DNA of 48,228 nt from NCBI GenBank assembly GCA_001782045.1, contig MFNK01000002.1, positions 1-48,228 of the forward strand, in the 5' to 3' direction. Shown one piece after another: positions 18,206-28,185 of the stretch. The notes under the pieces were generated by a model that saw nothing but the letters and a program-made list of their open reading frames with translations, ran no database searches and had not been told where the DNA came from. Both the position numbers and the translations under genes were made by a program. Origin of the DNA: Candidatus Levybacteria bacterium RIFCSPHIGHO2_01_FULL_36_15b. GTDB taxonomy: Bacteria > Patescibacteriota > Microgenomatia > Levybacterales > UBA12049. Position 1 is the stretch's first letter. The number at the start of each line of letters is the position of its first letter.

Positions 18206-18673
18206 CTAATTTTTTACTGTTTCTCCCTCTTTTAGAACTTGTTTTTCTTCGTCTGATAATTCGTATTCGCTTCCTTTTCCCTCGACTACCCTTTTAGCAT
18301 ACCATCTTGTACCGGATCTTGAATAGAGTGCCGAGATAATTACACCGGTATTGGTACTATCTACTAATGATAAAACAAAACTTTGATCTCCACCAGTATC
18401 TTTAAAAGGGTTAAATCTTAACAATCCAATTTTTTGCACATGCAAAGATCCTTCTTTATCTAGTTTAGATGTGTACTCCTTTAATTGTTGTATATTTTTT
18501 TTGCTTAAGTCAACATCTTTTAGTAAATCTTCTAAAATTGTTTTTAGGCTTTTCTGACTTACTCCCCTGGAAAGGGTATTGTAGTGCCGCAATAATCTTG
18601 CAAAAAAAAATGTTAATGTTATAAGCCAAACTGCAACCGTTGCAAAGAATAAGAACAGTATATTGTCAGGCAT
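18206..18673 (-). CDS. DUF4446 family protein
   Basis: N-terminal TM, coiled coil, QKIGLLRFNPF.DTGGDQSF..LS.EE motif. Confidence 0.8.
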   Translation of the reverse strand: MPDNILFLFFATVAVWLITLTFFFARLLRHYNTLSRGVSQKSLKTILEDLLKDVDLSKKNIQQLKEYTSKLDKEGSLHVQKIGLLRFNPFKDTGGDQSFVLSLVDSTNTGVIISALYSRSGTRWYAKRVVEGKGSEYELSDEEKQVLKEGETVKN

Positions 18674-18735
18674 AATATCAATTTATCTTAGCCTCTTGAC
18701 AGGCCTTGTGTCAATAGTGTAGTCTAGCCTCTATC

Positions 18736-18999
18736 ATGGCTAAAAAAAGAAAGACTAAATTCCAGAAAAAATTAGCCGACAATAGACACACGTTCCATCA
18801 TCAAGCATCTCCGCTAATATATGAAGTAAAACCATCGATGCCCCAAACGCAGCCAAAAAAAAATCTTATAACTCATTCTTATTTAATGAAAGACTTAAGC
18901 AAGACCGCACTTTTGTCATCCGCAATAATTGCATTTCAAGTTATTTTGTTTTTTATTCTTAAAAATCATTTAATTAAAATTCCAGGAATTTCGTATTAA
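18736..18999 (+). CDS. Small basic protein with a C-terminal TM helix
   Basis: 87-aa ORF preceded by TTGACA(18696)-18-TAGTCT. Confidence 0.55.
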   Translation: MAKKRKTKFQKKLADNRHTFHHQASPLIYEVKPSMPQTQPKKNLITHSYLMKDLSKTALLSSAIIAFQVILFFILKNHLIKIPGISY

Positions 19000-19018
19000 T
19001 TGAAAGGGGGTGAATTAT

Positions 19019-19165
19019 ATGACAGTTACAATGTATTGCGTAAAAGACCGAGCAAAGAAAGAGGTTAATGATCCGGAAAGAGTCACAATGAAGAATGGAA
19101 AACCAGCTATGAAAGCAAAATGTCCGGATTGTGGAACGACAATGTTTAAAATCGGTGCGGCTTAA
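19019..19165 (+). CDS. Small zinc-ribbon-like protein, DUF5679-like (48 aa, missed by the ORF track)
   Basis: Manual translation MTVTMYCVKDRAKKEVNDPERVTMKNGKPAMKAKCPDCGTTMFKIGAA. Strong SD GAAAGGGGGTGA upstream and a terminator downstream. Confidence 0.85.
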   Translation: MTVTMYCVKDRAKKEVNDPERVTMKNGKPAMKAKCPDCGTTMFKIGAA

Positions 19166-19180
19166 TTTAATTTTTAAGAG

Positions 19181-19218
19181 ATATAAAAAACCCCTAAATT
19201 TGGAGGGGTTTTTTATAT
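19181..19218. terminator. Bidirectional rho-independent terminator
   Basis: 15-bp perfect stem ATATAAAAAACCCCT / AGGGGTTTTTTATAT with an 8-nt loop, between convergent genes. Confidence 0.85.
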
Positions 19219-19608
19219 ACTTAATATCGCATATATTGGTTTTCCTGGTAGTCTTTTTCTAAAGTCTGCTTTGGCGCTCAATTTCGGAAAATTTATCCAT
19301 GGGTCCATCCAACCACTGCGAGCATTACAAAGAAAATGGCCGGCCGGGTGTTTTGAATCTTTCTGTATGAAAATTATTGTTCCAGTTGGGTACTCATGAT
19401 TTTTTCTTCTCTTTACGTATTTAAAGAAATATTTCAACCCGTTTCGTTCTAGGGCTTGAATTATTTCCCTACAATAAAATCCTCTAAATTTTGCTCTTTC
19501 AGCCCCTTCGTCAAAACTTTTGAGTGCGTTTCGATAGTTAGTTTTCAATATAAAAGCAACGCAAGCTACGGCACAACCTGAAAAATGCTCTTGCCTAACT
19601 GCTTTCAT
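19213..19608 (-). CDS. Stand-alone C39-like (papain-fold) cysteine peptidase
   Basis: RQEHFSGCAVAC (oxyanion Gln and catalytic Cys), GHF (His), WMDP (Asp). Promoter TTGTAT-16-TACAAT lies 6 nt upstream. Confidence 0.65.
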   Translation of the reverse strand: MKAVRQEHFSGCAVACVAFILKTNYRNALKSFDEGAERAKFRGFYCREIIQALERNGLKYFFKYVKRRKNHEYPTGTIIFIQKDSKHPAGHFLCNARSGWMDPWINFPKLSAKADFRKRLPGKPIYAILSI

Positions 19609-19736
19609 TGGTCCATTGTAGATTTTAAATATTTATATACAAGAGGCAGATTTAGGCCTATATTTAATTTGTCAAGAGGCAAAAATAGCCTATTTTAAGG
19701 CCAAATGTAATATATAAATATATATAAATTATAAAG

Positions 19737-20225
19737 GTGTATAATCCCGCAGTTATGGAAAAAGACATTCAAAAAGAGAAAAATTATAGTTCTGATGTGG
19801 GCGTATTAATAGAGCCCATAATAGCTGCACTTCTTATAGCTTTAGCTATCGCTGCGGCGAAAACTTATGTAGATATTGAGAATGCCAAAACTTTTAATTT
19901 CTATCCTGAATTAGACTGTGGCATCGTAACTGAAGCCGGATATACTGCTGACATTACTAAACCAGTCATTAAATTAAATATCGGTGAGGGTGACATTCTT
20001 GCGTCTGCTATGAATAATGAAATGTTAGTAAAAACAGCTAAACCTTTTAAGATTGTTAATCCTGCTAATCCAATGGATGTCAGAATTGATGAAAATGGAA
20101 TTCATTTAGATAGCATTTCTTCGGTTTTAATAAACGTAAACGGAGCGAGTTACTTAATTGAAGGGTTGCCTGACTATCAAGAAAACAAACATGTAAGAAT
20201 AACTGCGGAATGCGATAGTGAATAA
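19737..20225 (+). CDS. Hypothetical protein with a single TM helix
   Basis: 162-aa ORF with a hydrophobic stretch VLIEPIIAALLIALAIAAA. Start may be ATG 19755. Confidence 0.55.
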   Translation: MYNPAVMEKDIQKEKNYSSDVGVLIEPIIAALLIALAIAAAKTYVDIENAKTFNFYPELDCGIVTEAGYTADITKPVIKLNIGEGDILASAMNNEMLVKTAKPFKIVNPANPMDVRIDENGIHLDSISSVLINVNGASYLIEGLPDYQENKHVRITAECDSE

Positions 20226-20232
20226 GCAAGTC

Positions 20233-20556
20233 TTATTTTTTTCTTATCAACTTAATCTCTTTGTCCATTTTTTTGAATCTTCTGTAACCCCAAACGAAAA
20301 TGAAAACCCCACATACAATTAAAAAAGCACCAAATAATTTTATGTAAAATTCAGAAAAGAAATGAATTAGGGTTCCACCAGCTGCAATTACTGCAAGAGA
20401 TGTTCTAATGTAGGCTAGAAAAGTAGATTCATTTGAAAGAACAGTTCTATCAATCGCCAAATGGTCTCTTAAAATAAGTTCTTCTTTTGTAAATTTATCG
20501 TAAAAACTTTTCTTCAAGTTAATTTTCTTCCTTTTTATTTGTTTTAATAATATCAA
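20233..20556 (-). CDS. DUF202 / YidH-like inner membrane protein
   Basis: LRDHLAIDRTVLSNESTFLAYIRTSL motif plus 2 TM helices. Confidence 0.85.
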   Translation of the reverse strand: MILLKQIKRKKINLKKSFYDKFTKEELILRDHLAIDRTVLSNESTFLAYIRTSLAVIAAGGTLIHFFSEFYIKLFGAFLIVCGVFIFVWGYRRFKKMDKEIKLIRKK

Positions 20557-21208
20557 TAACCTCTTCTAAATTATTCACTTTCTTCCAAGCTGATTTAATA
20601 AGGTCGCTATTTACCTTTCGCCACGGATCTTCAAAATCGGTTAAATATAATATCCCATGCTTAGTGAATTCAAAAGCTCTTATATCATTTGCAGAATCTC
20701 CTATATAAAATGTTTCTTCTGGATTTATATTTAATTTTTTACAAATATCTTTAATCTCTATATTTTTTGCTAGATGGTCATCTGTAATAAAACGGATGTT
20801 TGTAAAATTTCCCTTCTCATCAAAATCGAAAAAAGCATTACATCTCCATTTTTCAATTCCAAAATGTTCTGCAACTTCTTTTACATAATAATCAATTCCG
20901 CTTGAAATTATCGCAACATCTATACCTTGCGCTTTTATAGAGTCAATAAGTTTGCCCGCTTCTTTGTTAAAAAGAAAATTTTTCGCGTCCAATATGTCTT
21001 CAAATATTTTTCTTGTTAATTTGTTATTTTTATAATGGTTTACGACATTTTGGGTCCACTGAGCATGAGTTAACTTTCCAGAACTATATTCAGCCGCCCA
21101 TTCTTTATCGAGTGAGTCTGTAATACCCATTGTACGATGCAACCTATACCATGCATTTCCAGAAATTAAAACTCCATCGCAATCAAAAAAAACAATCTTG
21201 GGTTTCAT
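20519..21208 (-). CDS. HAD-superfamily phosphatase (phosphoserine phosphatase-like)
   Basis: Motif I FFDCDGVL, motif II ISSG, motif IV IGDSAND. Confidence 0.85.
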   Translation of the reverse strand: MKPKIVFFDCDGVLISGNAWYRLHRTMGITDSLDKEWAAEYSSGKLTHAQWTQNVVNHYKNNKLTRKIFEDILDAKNFLFNKEAGKLIDSIKAQGIDVAIISSGIDYYVKEVAEHFGIEKWRCNAFFDFDEKGNFTNIRFITDDHLAKNIEIKDICKKLNINPEETFYIGDSANDIRAFEFTKHGILYLTDFEDPWRKVNSDLIKSAWKKVNNLEEVIDIIKTNKKEEN

Positions 21209-22800
21209 TGACCTTTATAGTGGACTAACTTATAAACTTCTACAACAGAAACTTTCCATTTGCCTGCAATTTCTGCCCTGCCGAATCCTGCGATTTCCCA
21301 TAAAGAATGCCCCAAGGGCTCACAGGGAAGGCTTTCGCAAACTATAAAAAGCTGATCTGTAACTGTTTTATTTTCAGAACCATGTTCAATTGTAATAGGG
21401 GGATGGTTCCAGATTGTAAAGAAATATCTATAAGCATGGTCGCTATTTCCCCCCGTAATTAATGCAAAATTGAAAGGCTTAGCATCTGTTCTTGTCATTA
21501 CAAAATCAGCTATTGTTTTCATCTGATTTAATTGTCTATTCGGTGGGTATCTAAAAGGAATGCCGTATAAGTTTAAGACAAATATTATACCAAATATCAA
21601 TAAGGCGATAATTTTAAAATTTATACTATTTTTATATTTATAAATACCACCTATTAAATTTCCAACCAAAATAAACGGCAAGGGGAAAAGAAATTGAAAA
21701 TAATAATCATAAATTGGTTTTTTATAAAAACCAAAAAGGAGCACTCCAACAATAAACCATAAAACTATTAAAAGATACAATGGTTTTTTTTCGTCGTTTT
21801 TTCTTAGACTCTCATAAAATTTATACAGAAAAAAACCAAATGAGGTAACAGCAAGAAGTATTACTCCCATTGTCCAAAGCAATACTGCATCCTTACTATA
21901 ATTCACTATCTGTTCTGGAGGGGGGAAATTAGCTACTAAACGAGCAAATAGCCTAAAGAATACTTCTCCTATAATATTTATTATTCCCCCGTTACTGCTT
22001 ACGTTGGGAGAGTTAAAAATAAATTTAACGATACTTTGAGTATTGGGAAATCCATGTCTTGCCTCAAAAGCAAGAAATGGAGAAAATCCAATTACAAAGC
22101 CGGTTAAAATAAGTAAGTATTTTTTAAAAAGCAAGAATATTTGCTTTTTAAAATCATCTTTTTTTAAAAACTGTGTAATTAACAAGTATAAAAATATTAT
22201 TCCACCAACAAAAAACTCGATATAATGCAACTGCATTAATATACCGTATAAAGCCCCTGTGATTAAAAAATATAAATATTTATTCTTTAAAACTCCTTTA
22301 TAAAGTGTGTATAGGCACAGGAGTGTAAAAAAGGGCATTAAATTTGGGTTCCAAGAAGATCTGGAGTAGGAAACCACTAAAGGAGAAATCGCATAAAGCA
22401 AGCTTGCAAATATTGCTGCATTTTTACCGAGTATTTCTGATGTAACCCTATATAAAAGCCAAACAGTTGCAATACCAAAAAGGGCAACCATAACTGCTGG
22501 CCCGACGGGATTATAATTAAAAATCAGCAAAAATGGTGCCATAAAATAATAATAGATTGGTCCTAAGAAAAATCCCCCAACAGAAGAGGTTGGGCCAAGT
22601 AAAGTTAATTTACCATGTAAAATGTTATAAACTGCAAGAACATCTCTTCCTTCATCTCCTAAAAAAGTCATATAATCAGCAATTTTATAAAGTCTATAGA
22701 CTAGAGCAAGGATAAGAATAGAAATAATAGGAATATTTCTAAAAATTAGAGATTTAAAATTATTTAATTGAAATTGCATTAATGGGGTTTTCTTTTCCAA
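21205..22800 (-). CDS. GT-C fold glycosyltransferase, ArnT/PMT-like (GT39/GT83)
   Basis: Polytopic membrane protein, FLGDEGRD motif, GPIYYY, SWNPN. Start may be the second Met. Confidence 0.8.
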   Translation of the reverse strand: MEKKTPLMQFQLNNFKSLIFRNIPIISILILALVYRLYKIADYMTFLGDEGRDVLAVYNILHGKLTLLGPTSSVGGFFLGPIYYYFMAPFLLIFNYNPVGPAVMVALFGIATVWLLYRVTSEILGKNAAIFASLLYAISPLVVSYSRSSWNPNLMPFFTLLCLYTLYKGVLKNKYLYFLITGALYGILMQLHYIEFFVGGIIFLYLLITQFLKKDDFKKQIFLLFKKYLLILTGFVIGFSPFLAFEARHGFPNTQSIVKFIFNSPNVSSNGGIINIIGEVFFRLFARLVANFPPPEQIVNYSKDAVLLWTMGVILLAVTSFGFFLYKFYESLRKNDEKKPLYLLIVLWFIVGVLLFGFYKKPIYDYYFQFLFPLPFILVGNLIGGIYKYKNSINFKIIALLIFGIIFVLNLYGIPFRYPPNRQLNQMKTIADFVMTRTDAKPFNFALITGGNSDHAYRYFFTIWNHPPITIEHGSENKTVTDQLFIVCESLPCEPLGHSLWEIAGFGRAEIAGKWKVSVVEVYKLVHYKGQ

Positions 22801-23909
22801 ATTACCTTGCTATACATTGTAAAATTGTAAATAAGAAGTACTCCTGTAGCCACTATAAAATATACAAGTGGATATTTTCTCCCAAATAAATATTCACTTA
22901 ACTGGACAATTCCGGACTGAATAACTATAACTCCAATGTTGGATGATAAGAAAAACCCTACCATTTTAATTACATATTCTGAAAATGAATGAGCCTTTCT
23001 TTCTTTAAAGGTCCAGAGATTATTTAAATTATAATTAGAAAAAATTGCTAATTGAGCAGCAATCCAACTTGCCACACCAAGAAGTAAATTCGTATTATGT
23101 GCCAAATACCAATAAATAATAAATTGCAAAGTAAAACCAATTCCACCAACTACCAAAAACTTTCCGAAAGAACCAGTAGCAATTTCTTGAAATCTTACTT
23201 TAAACACAAACGCCAGTGTTTTAATAATTGTTTGCATTCCGGGAATTTTTGATTTCCCATGAGTTCTATCTTTTGCGTTAAATGGAACTTCGGCAATCTT
23301 AAACCCGTCTTTTACAGCATTCCATAAAAAACCTACCTGAAATGTATATCCCGTAAATGCACCCAGTTTTTCTTTTTCTTTCAAAAATACTTCTTTTTTA
23401 ACTGCTCTATATCCTCCAGTCCAATCGTGAATACCTTTTCTTCCAAATAAAACTTTAATAAAAATGTTTCCCCAAACTGACATAATTTTCCTATGCAATC
23501 CCCAATCTTTTGGAATTGAACCCCCGCCACTATATCGTGTTCCTACAACAAAATCGTAGCCTTCATCAATTTTTTGCAAAAAATCGGAAATTTTATTAGG
23601 ATCATGAAACAAATCCGCATCCATTTCAAATAGAATTTGTGCATTCATTTTTTCTATTGCATAATTCATTCCCCGAACGTAGGCTGCGCCAAGACCCTTT
23701 TTCTCTCCTGTTGTAATCTCAATATTTTTATACTTCTTTATATATTCTTTAACTACTTCGGCTGTCCCGTCGGGGGAATTATCGTCTGCTACGAGTATGT
23801 ACATATTGTGATTTTGTATTGTAGGAAAAATCTCTTCCTCTAATATTTCAATTAATCTTTCTATATTGCCTTTCTCGTTATATGTAGGTATTACAATTAC
23901 TGCATTCAT
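22779..23909 (-). CDS. Polyprenol-phosphate glycosyltransferase (GT2, DPM1-like) fused to a GtrA domain
   Basis: IPTYNEKGNI, DDNSPDGT, GLGAAY, MDAD. C-terminal KFLVVGG...NYNLNNLWTF GtrA pattern. Confidence 0.9.
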   Translation of the reverse strand: MNAVIVIPTYNEKGNIERLIEILEEEIFPTIQNHNMYILVADDNSPDGTAEVVKEYIKKYKNIEITTGEKKGLGAAYVRGMNYAIEKMNAQILFEMDADLFHDPNKISDFLQKIDEGYDFVVGTRYSGGGSIPKDWGLHRKIMSVWGNIFIKVLFGRKGIHDWTGGYRAVKKEVFLKEKEKLGAFTGYTFQVGFLWNAVKDGFKIAEVPFNAKDRTHGKSKIPGMQTIIKTLAFVFKVRFQEIATGSFGKFLVVGGIGFTLQFIIYWYLAHNTNLLLGVASWIAAQLAIFSNYNLNNLWTFKERKAHSFSEYVIKMVGFFLSSNIGVIVIQSGIVQLSEYLFGRKYPLVYFIVATGVLLIYNFTMYSKVIWKRKPH

Positions 23910-24859
23910 AAGCTCTTATAATATTCTATTGTATTATTTATTCCATCTTCGAGTCCAACTTTAGGCTCCCAATCTAACAGGCTTTTGGCTTTAGTTATAT
24001 CCGGCCTTCTCTTTTTTGGATCGTCTTCGGGCAAGTTTTCAAAAACAATTTCAGAGGCTGAACCTGTAAGCTTAATAATAAGCTTTGCAAAATCTAAAAT
24101 AGACCTTTCATTTGGATTTCCCAAGTTTATTACCTCTCCTTTTGATCTTTCCGAAAACATAGATTTTTTTATACCTTCAATCATATCTGTTACATAGCAA
24201 AAACTTCTGCTTTGACTCCCGTCCCCGTATATTGTAATAGATTTGCCTTCAATCGCCTGATTTATAAAGTTTGAAACAACACGACCATCGTCCTTTTGCA
24301 TATTTGGCCCGTATGTATTAAAAATTCTTATAATTCGTGTGTCTAAATTAAATTTTCGAAAATAGGTTTGAGTAATTGCTTCACCAAACCTTTTCGACTC
24401 ATCATAAGGAGATCTTATCCCATTTGGGTTGACATTTCCGAAATACTCTTCGTTTTGTGGAGAAACAGCTGGATCACCATATACTTCTGAAGTCGACGTG
24501 TAAAGAAATTTAGAATTGTTTTTAAGAGAAAGCTCTAATAGATTGTAAGTTCCAACGCTGTTAACAAGAAGAGTTTCTAAGGGAAAGTTAATATAGCTTT
24601 TCTTGCTTTTCGCATTCGGAGATGCGGGAGATGCAAGATGAAATATATAATCAATTTTTTCTGCTTCAAAATCTTTTTCTTTAATAATATCTTTTTCAAG
24701 AAGTTTAAAATTACTATTAGAAGTTAATGAATTTATATTAGCCTTATCCCCTGTAATAAAGTTATCAACACAAATAACTTTAAAATTTTCATCAAGAAGA
24801 CTTTTGCACAAATGCGAACCGATAAACCCTCCTCCCCCTGCGACTAAGCAAGTTTCCAT
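23906..24859 (-). CDS. UDP-glucuronate decarboxylase (UDP-xylose synthase-like) NAD-dependent epimerase/dehydratase
   Basis: AGGGGFIG, STSEVYGDP, YDESKRFGE, RIFNTYGP, DDPKKRRPDI. Confidence 0.85.
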   Translation of the reverse strand: METCLVAGGGGFIGSHLCKSLLDENFKVICVDNFITGDKANINSLTSNSNFKLLEKDIIKEKDFEAEKIDYIFHLASPASPNAKSKKSYINFPLETLLVNSVGTYNLLELSLKNNSKFLYTSTSEVYGDPAVSPQNEEYFGNVNPNGIRSPYDESKRFGEAITQTYFRKFNLDTRIIRIFNTYGPNMQKDDGRVVSNFINQAIEGKSITIYGDGSQSRSFCYVTDMIEGIKKSMFSERSKGEVINLGNPNERSILDFAKLIIKLTGSASEIVFENLPEDDPKKRRPDITKAKSLLDWEPKVGLEDGINNTIEYYKSL

Positions 24860-24929
24860 CTAATTTATTCTATCAAATCTTTTTAAAAAAACCTATTGTG
24901 CATGGTTTAACTATTTGCTAAAGTATTAA

Positions 24930-25943
24930 ATGATGGCTAAACAAGCAGTTATTATTGGGGTTTCTTCGCAAGATGGGTCATATCTTGCAGAACTACTGCT
25001 CGAAAAGGGATATAATGTAACGGGCACAATAAGAAGATCTACTAACTTTTATCAGGAAAATCTAACTCAGTTATACGGAAAAATAAAAATTGAAGCCGCA
25101 GATTTAATAGACGGAGAGTCTATTTCAAGGGTCATAAGAGATTCTAACCCTGACGAAGTATACAACATTGCCTCTCAAAGCGTTCCTCATGACAGTTGGT
25201 CTCATCCTTTCTATACAGGAGAAGTAACGGGACTTGGGCCTGTTCGTGTATTGGAAGCCGTACGTCACTTTGCACCAAATGCTAGATTTTATCAGGCAAC
25301 AAGCAGAGAAATTTACGGAAATGTTAAAGCAAAAGTAGCAAATGAAGAAACGCTTCTTGATGCAAATAATCCTTATGGCATTGCAAAAGCATATGCCCAC
25401 ATGATGGTAAGATGCTACAGAGAATCTTATGATATGTTTGCATGCGGAGGTATTTTATTTAATCACGAAAGTCCAAGAAGAAGTCTTCACTTTGTAACAA
25501 GAAAGATTACTGCAGCAGTAGCGTGTATAAAGAATGGAGTTAAAAACCCGCCCCTAAATGAATTGGGAGAACCACTAGTAGATAGCAATGGGAAACTACA
25601 TCTTGGAAATTTAGAATCCCAAAGAGATTGGGGTTATGCAAAAGATTATGTTGAAGCAATGTGGCTTATGTTACAAAATAAAGAACCTAAAGATTATGTA
25701 ATTGCAACAAATACGTCTTATTCTGTAAAAGACGCATGTACAATAGCCTTTGAATACGCAGGATTAAATTGGGAAGATCATGTTGTCTCAGATAAGCATT
25801 TACTTAGACCTACAGAAATAAAAGAACTAAGAGGTGATTATACAAATGCAAAAAAAGATATGGGATGGGAACCAAAAACTTCGTTTGAAGAACTTATGAA
25901 AATAATGGTTGATGCTGATTTAGAGCGTTTCAAAATCCACTAA
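24930..25943 (+). CDS. gmd: GDP-mannose 4,6-dehydratase
   Basis: QDGSYLAELLL.KGY, PYGIAK, GILFNHESP.R...FVTRKI, RDWGYAKDYV. Confidence 0.93.
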   Translation: MMAKQAVIIGVSSQDGSYLAELLLEKGYNVTGTIRRSTNFYQENLTQLYGKIKIEAADLIDGESISRVIRDSNPDEVYNIASQSVPHDSWSHPFYTGEVTGLGPVRVLEAVRHFAPNARFYQATSREIYGNVKAKVANEETLLDANNPYGIAKAYAHMMVRCYRESYDMFACGGILFNHESPRRSLHFVTRKITAAVACIKNGVKNPPLNELGEPLVDSNGKLHLGNLESQRDWGYAKDYVEAMWLMLQNKEPKDYVIATNTSYSVKDACTIAFEYAGLNWEDHVVSDKHLLRPTEIKELRGDYTNAKKDMGWEPKTSFEELMKIMVDADLERFKIH

Positions 25944-26896
25944 GATTTATTTCTCCAAAAATCAAGTATTCTTTTTAAACTTTCTTCTATTGGAATACTA
26001 GGCTTCCAATCTGTAAGTTTTTGAAACTTAGATGGATTACAGACAAGCTCAGGATTATCAATTGGCCGAAGCAGCGTTTGGTTTACTTTTACTTCAATTT
26101 TTTTGTTGGACAAAGAAAGAAGCATGTCTAAAATTTCAGACATCTTAAGGCTTTTTCCTGAACCAATATTATATACGTCTCCGTCCTTTCCATGCTGCAT
26201 AAGTAAATAGTATGCGTAAACCATATCCTCAACATCCGTAAAATCTCTCTTAGAATCCAAATTTCCTACTTCTAACACAGGCTCTATTAGTCCTTTTTCG
26301 ATTTCTACAATTTTTTTTGCAAATGCGGCAATAGAAAAGGCTTCAGTTTGTCCAGGACCTATATGATTAAATGGTCTAGCTCTTACTGTTTTAAGACCAT
26401 AAGTTAGAAAATACTGCAAACCCAAATAATCTTGTGCTATTTTAGAAACCGCATAAGGATTAGTCGGATTTAAAGGAGTTTCTTCATCTATTGGTAGATC
26501 TTTTAAGACAACCTTCCCATAAATTTCCGCTGAAGAAACAATAAGAATCTTAGAATTTAAGTTCAATCTTCTAACAGCTTCTAAAAGATTGACCTGAGCT
26601 TCAATATTGTTAGTTAAAACTTTGACTGGATCTTCAAAACTTTCCCCTGGAGCTGACAGTGCGGCTAGGTGGTAAATTTCATCGGGTTTTATTTCTTTTA
26701 TAGAGTTAAAAACCGAATCAGCATCTAAAAGGTTCAATCTAATAAAACTTGGTCCAGGTATATCAGAAAGCACTAATTTACTGTTTTCGCTTACATATGT
26801 ACCAAATAGGTTATACTCTTTTTTTGTGGAAAGATAGTGGATTAAATGTCTTCCTGCAAATCCGGTGGCTCCAGTAATTAAGATTTTTTTACTCAT
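25940..26896 (-). CDS. GDP-4-keto-6-deoxy-D-mannose reductase (Rmd-like), GDP-D-rhamnose pathway
   Basis: TGATGFAG, SSAEIYG, NPYAVSK, RPFNHIGPGQ, VGNL...RDFTDV. Adjacent to gmd. Confidence 0.75.
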   Translation of the reverse strand: MSKKILITGATGFAGRHLIHYLSTKKEYNLFGTYVSENSKLVLSDIPGPSFIRLNLLDADSVFNSIKEIKPDEIYHLAALSAPGESFEDPVKVLTNNIEAQVNLLEAVRRLNLNSKILIVSSAEIYGKVVLKDLPIDEETPLNPTNPYAVSKIAQDYLGLQYFLTYGLKTVRARPFNHIGPGQTEAFSIAAFAKKIVEIEKGLIEPVLEVGNLDSKRDFTDVEDMVYAYYLLMQHGKDGDVYNIGSGKSLKMSEILDMLLSLSNKKIEVKVNQTLLRPIDNPELVCNPSKFQKLTDWKPSIPIEESLKRILDFWRNKS

Positions 26897-28185
26897 TATC
26901 TACCAATACCTATGTAGTTGAATCCCTCGTTTCTTAAACTTTCCGGATCATAAAGATTTCTAGCATCAATTATATTTAGTGTCTTCATTCTCTTTTTAAT
27001 ATTTTTATAATCAAGTTCCTTAAACTCACTCCACTCTGTTAAAACAATTAATAAGTCAACTCCATCTGCAACGGAATATGCGTCGTCTTTATAATCAATA
27101 TCTTTTAGCACTGTTTTTGCATTGTGCCCTGCCTTAGGGTCAAAAGCAGAAATTTTTGCACCGTCATTTTGAAGCAAGTTAATAATATCAATAGAGGGAG
27201 CGTCTCTCATATCATCAGTATTTGCCTTATAAGCCAGACCCAAAATGCCTATCTTTTTTCCTCTTAAATCACCTAGCATTTTTCGTGCTTTTCTAACAAT
27301 GTCCCGCTTTGCCTGATGGTTTATATTCTCAACATCTTCAAGAAGCGAAAACGAATAATCAGCATCTTTTGCTATTGAAATTAATGCTTTTACGTCCTTT
27401 GGAAAACAGCTTCCTCCGTATCCTGGTCCAGGTGACAAAAACATGTCTCCAATTCTTCTGTCCTTTCCTATACCTTCTAAAACCTTTAAAGCGTCTGCTC
27501 CCAAAAGCTCCGAAAGCTTAGCGATTACATTTGCATAGGAAATTTTCATTGCCAAAAATGAATTAGCCGCATACTTTATTAATTCTGCTGTTTCAAAATT
27601 TGTTAAAACAAACGGTGCTTTAATAGGCTCATGAACTTTAACAAGTAAGTCTTGGGCTCTTTTGCTTTCCGTACCTACTACAATTCTATCGGGGTTTGTT
27701 GTATCCATAATTGCGCTTCCTTCTCTTAAAAACTCCGGGACCGAAGCGTAATCCACCTGCGCCCCCTTTGACTTTGAATCTTCCAAAATTTTCTTGACTT
27801 TTCTGTTTGTGCCTGTAGGTACCGTACTTTTAGTAGCAACAACTGTATATCCTTCAAGATATTTTCCTACCTCTTCTGCTACCTCTAAAACCGTAGAGAG
27901 ATCTGCGTCACCGGTTTTTGTCGAGGGAGTTCCTACGGCAATAAAAACTATATCAGAATTTGGAACAGATTCTTTATAACTAAGAGTGAAGATTAACCTT
28001 TTGGCTACTACATTTTTCTTGACAAGTTCTTCTAAACCAGGTTCATAAAAGGGTACTATTCCTTTTTTCAGCTTTTCTATTTTTTCCGGAGTATGTCCAA
28101 TAACATAAACTTTATTTCCAAAATCGGCAAAAACAGTGGCTGTTACAAGTCCAACATAACCGTGGCCAATAAATGTTAAAGTCAT
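26896..28185 (-). CDS. ugd: UDP-glucose 6-dehydrogenase
   Basis: GHGYVG, IAVGTP, PEFLREG, AELIKYAANSFLA.KIS, GYGGSCFPKD. Confidence 0.93.
   Translation of the reverse strand: MTLTFIGHGYVGLVTATVFADFGNKVYVIGHTPEKIEKLKKGIVPFYEPGLEELVKKNVVAKRLIFTLSYKESVPNSDIVFIAVGTPSTKTGDADLSTVLEVAEEVGKYLEGYTVVATKSTVPTGTNRKVKKILEDSKSKGAQVDYASVPEFLREGSAIMDTTNPDRIVVGTESKRAQDLLVKVHEPIKAPFVLTNFETAELIKYAANSFLAMKISYANVIAKLSELLGADALKVLEGIGKDRRIGDMFLSPGPGYGGSCFPKDVKALISIAKDADYSFSLLEDVENINHQAKRDIVRKARKMLGDLRGKKIGILGLAYKANTDDMRDAPSIDIINLLQNDGAKISAFDPKAGHNAKTVLKDIDYKDDAYSVADGVDLLIVLTEWSEFKELDYKNIKKRMKTLNIIDARNLYDPESLRNEGFNYIGIGR

Noticed and set aside
18696-18714. TTGACA-N7-TGTCAA inverted repeat as a third copy of the operator
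   Set aside because: Spacing and flanks differ from ATTGAC-N6-GTCAAT, and it lies between divergent genes, so back-to-back -35 boxes explain it.
19640-19698. Imperfect direct repeat CAAGAGGCA...CCTAT.TTTAA, 33 nt apart
   Set aside because: On the minus strand both copies read GCCTC-TTG(T/A)(A/C), i.e. -35-like boxes. One belongs to the TTGTAT-16-TACAAT promoter of the C39-like gene, and the same GCCTCTTGACA occurs at the 18691-18701 promoter.
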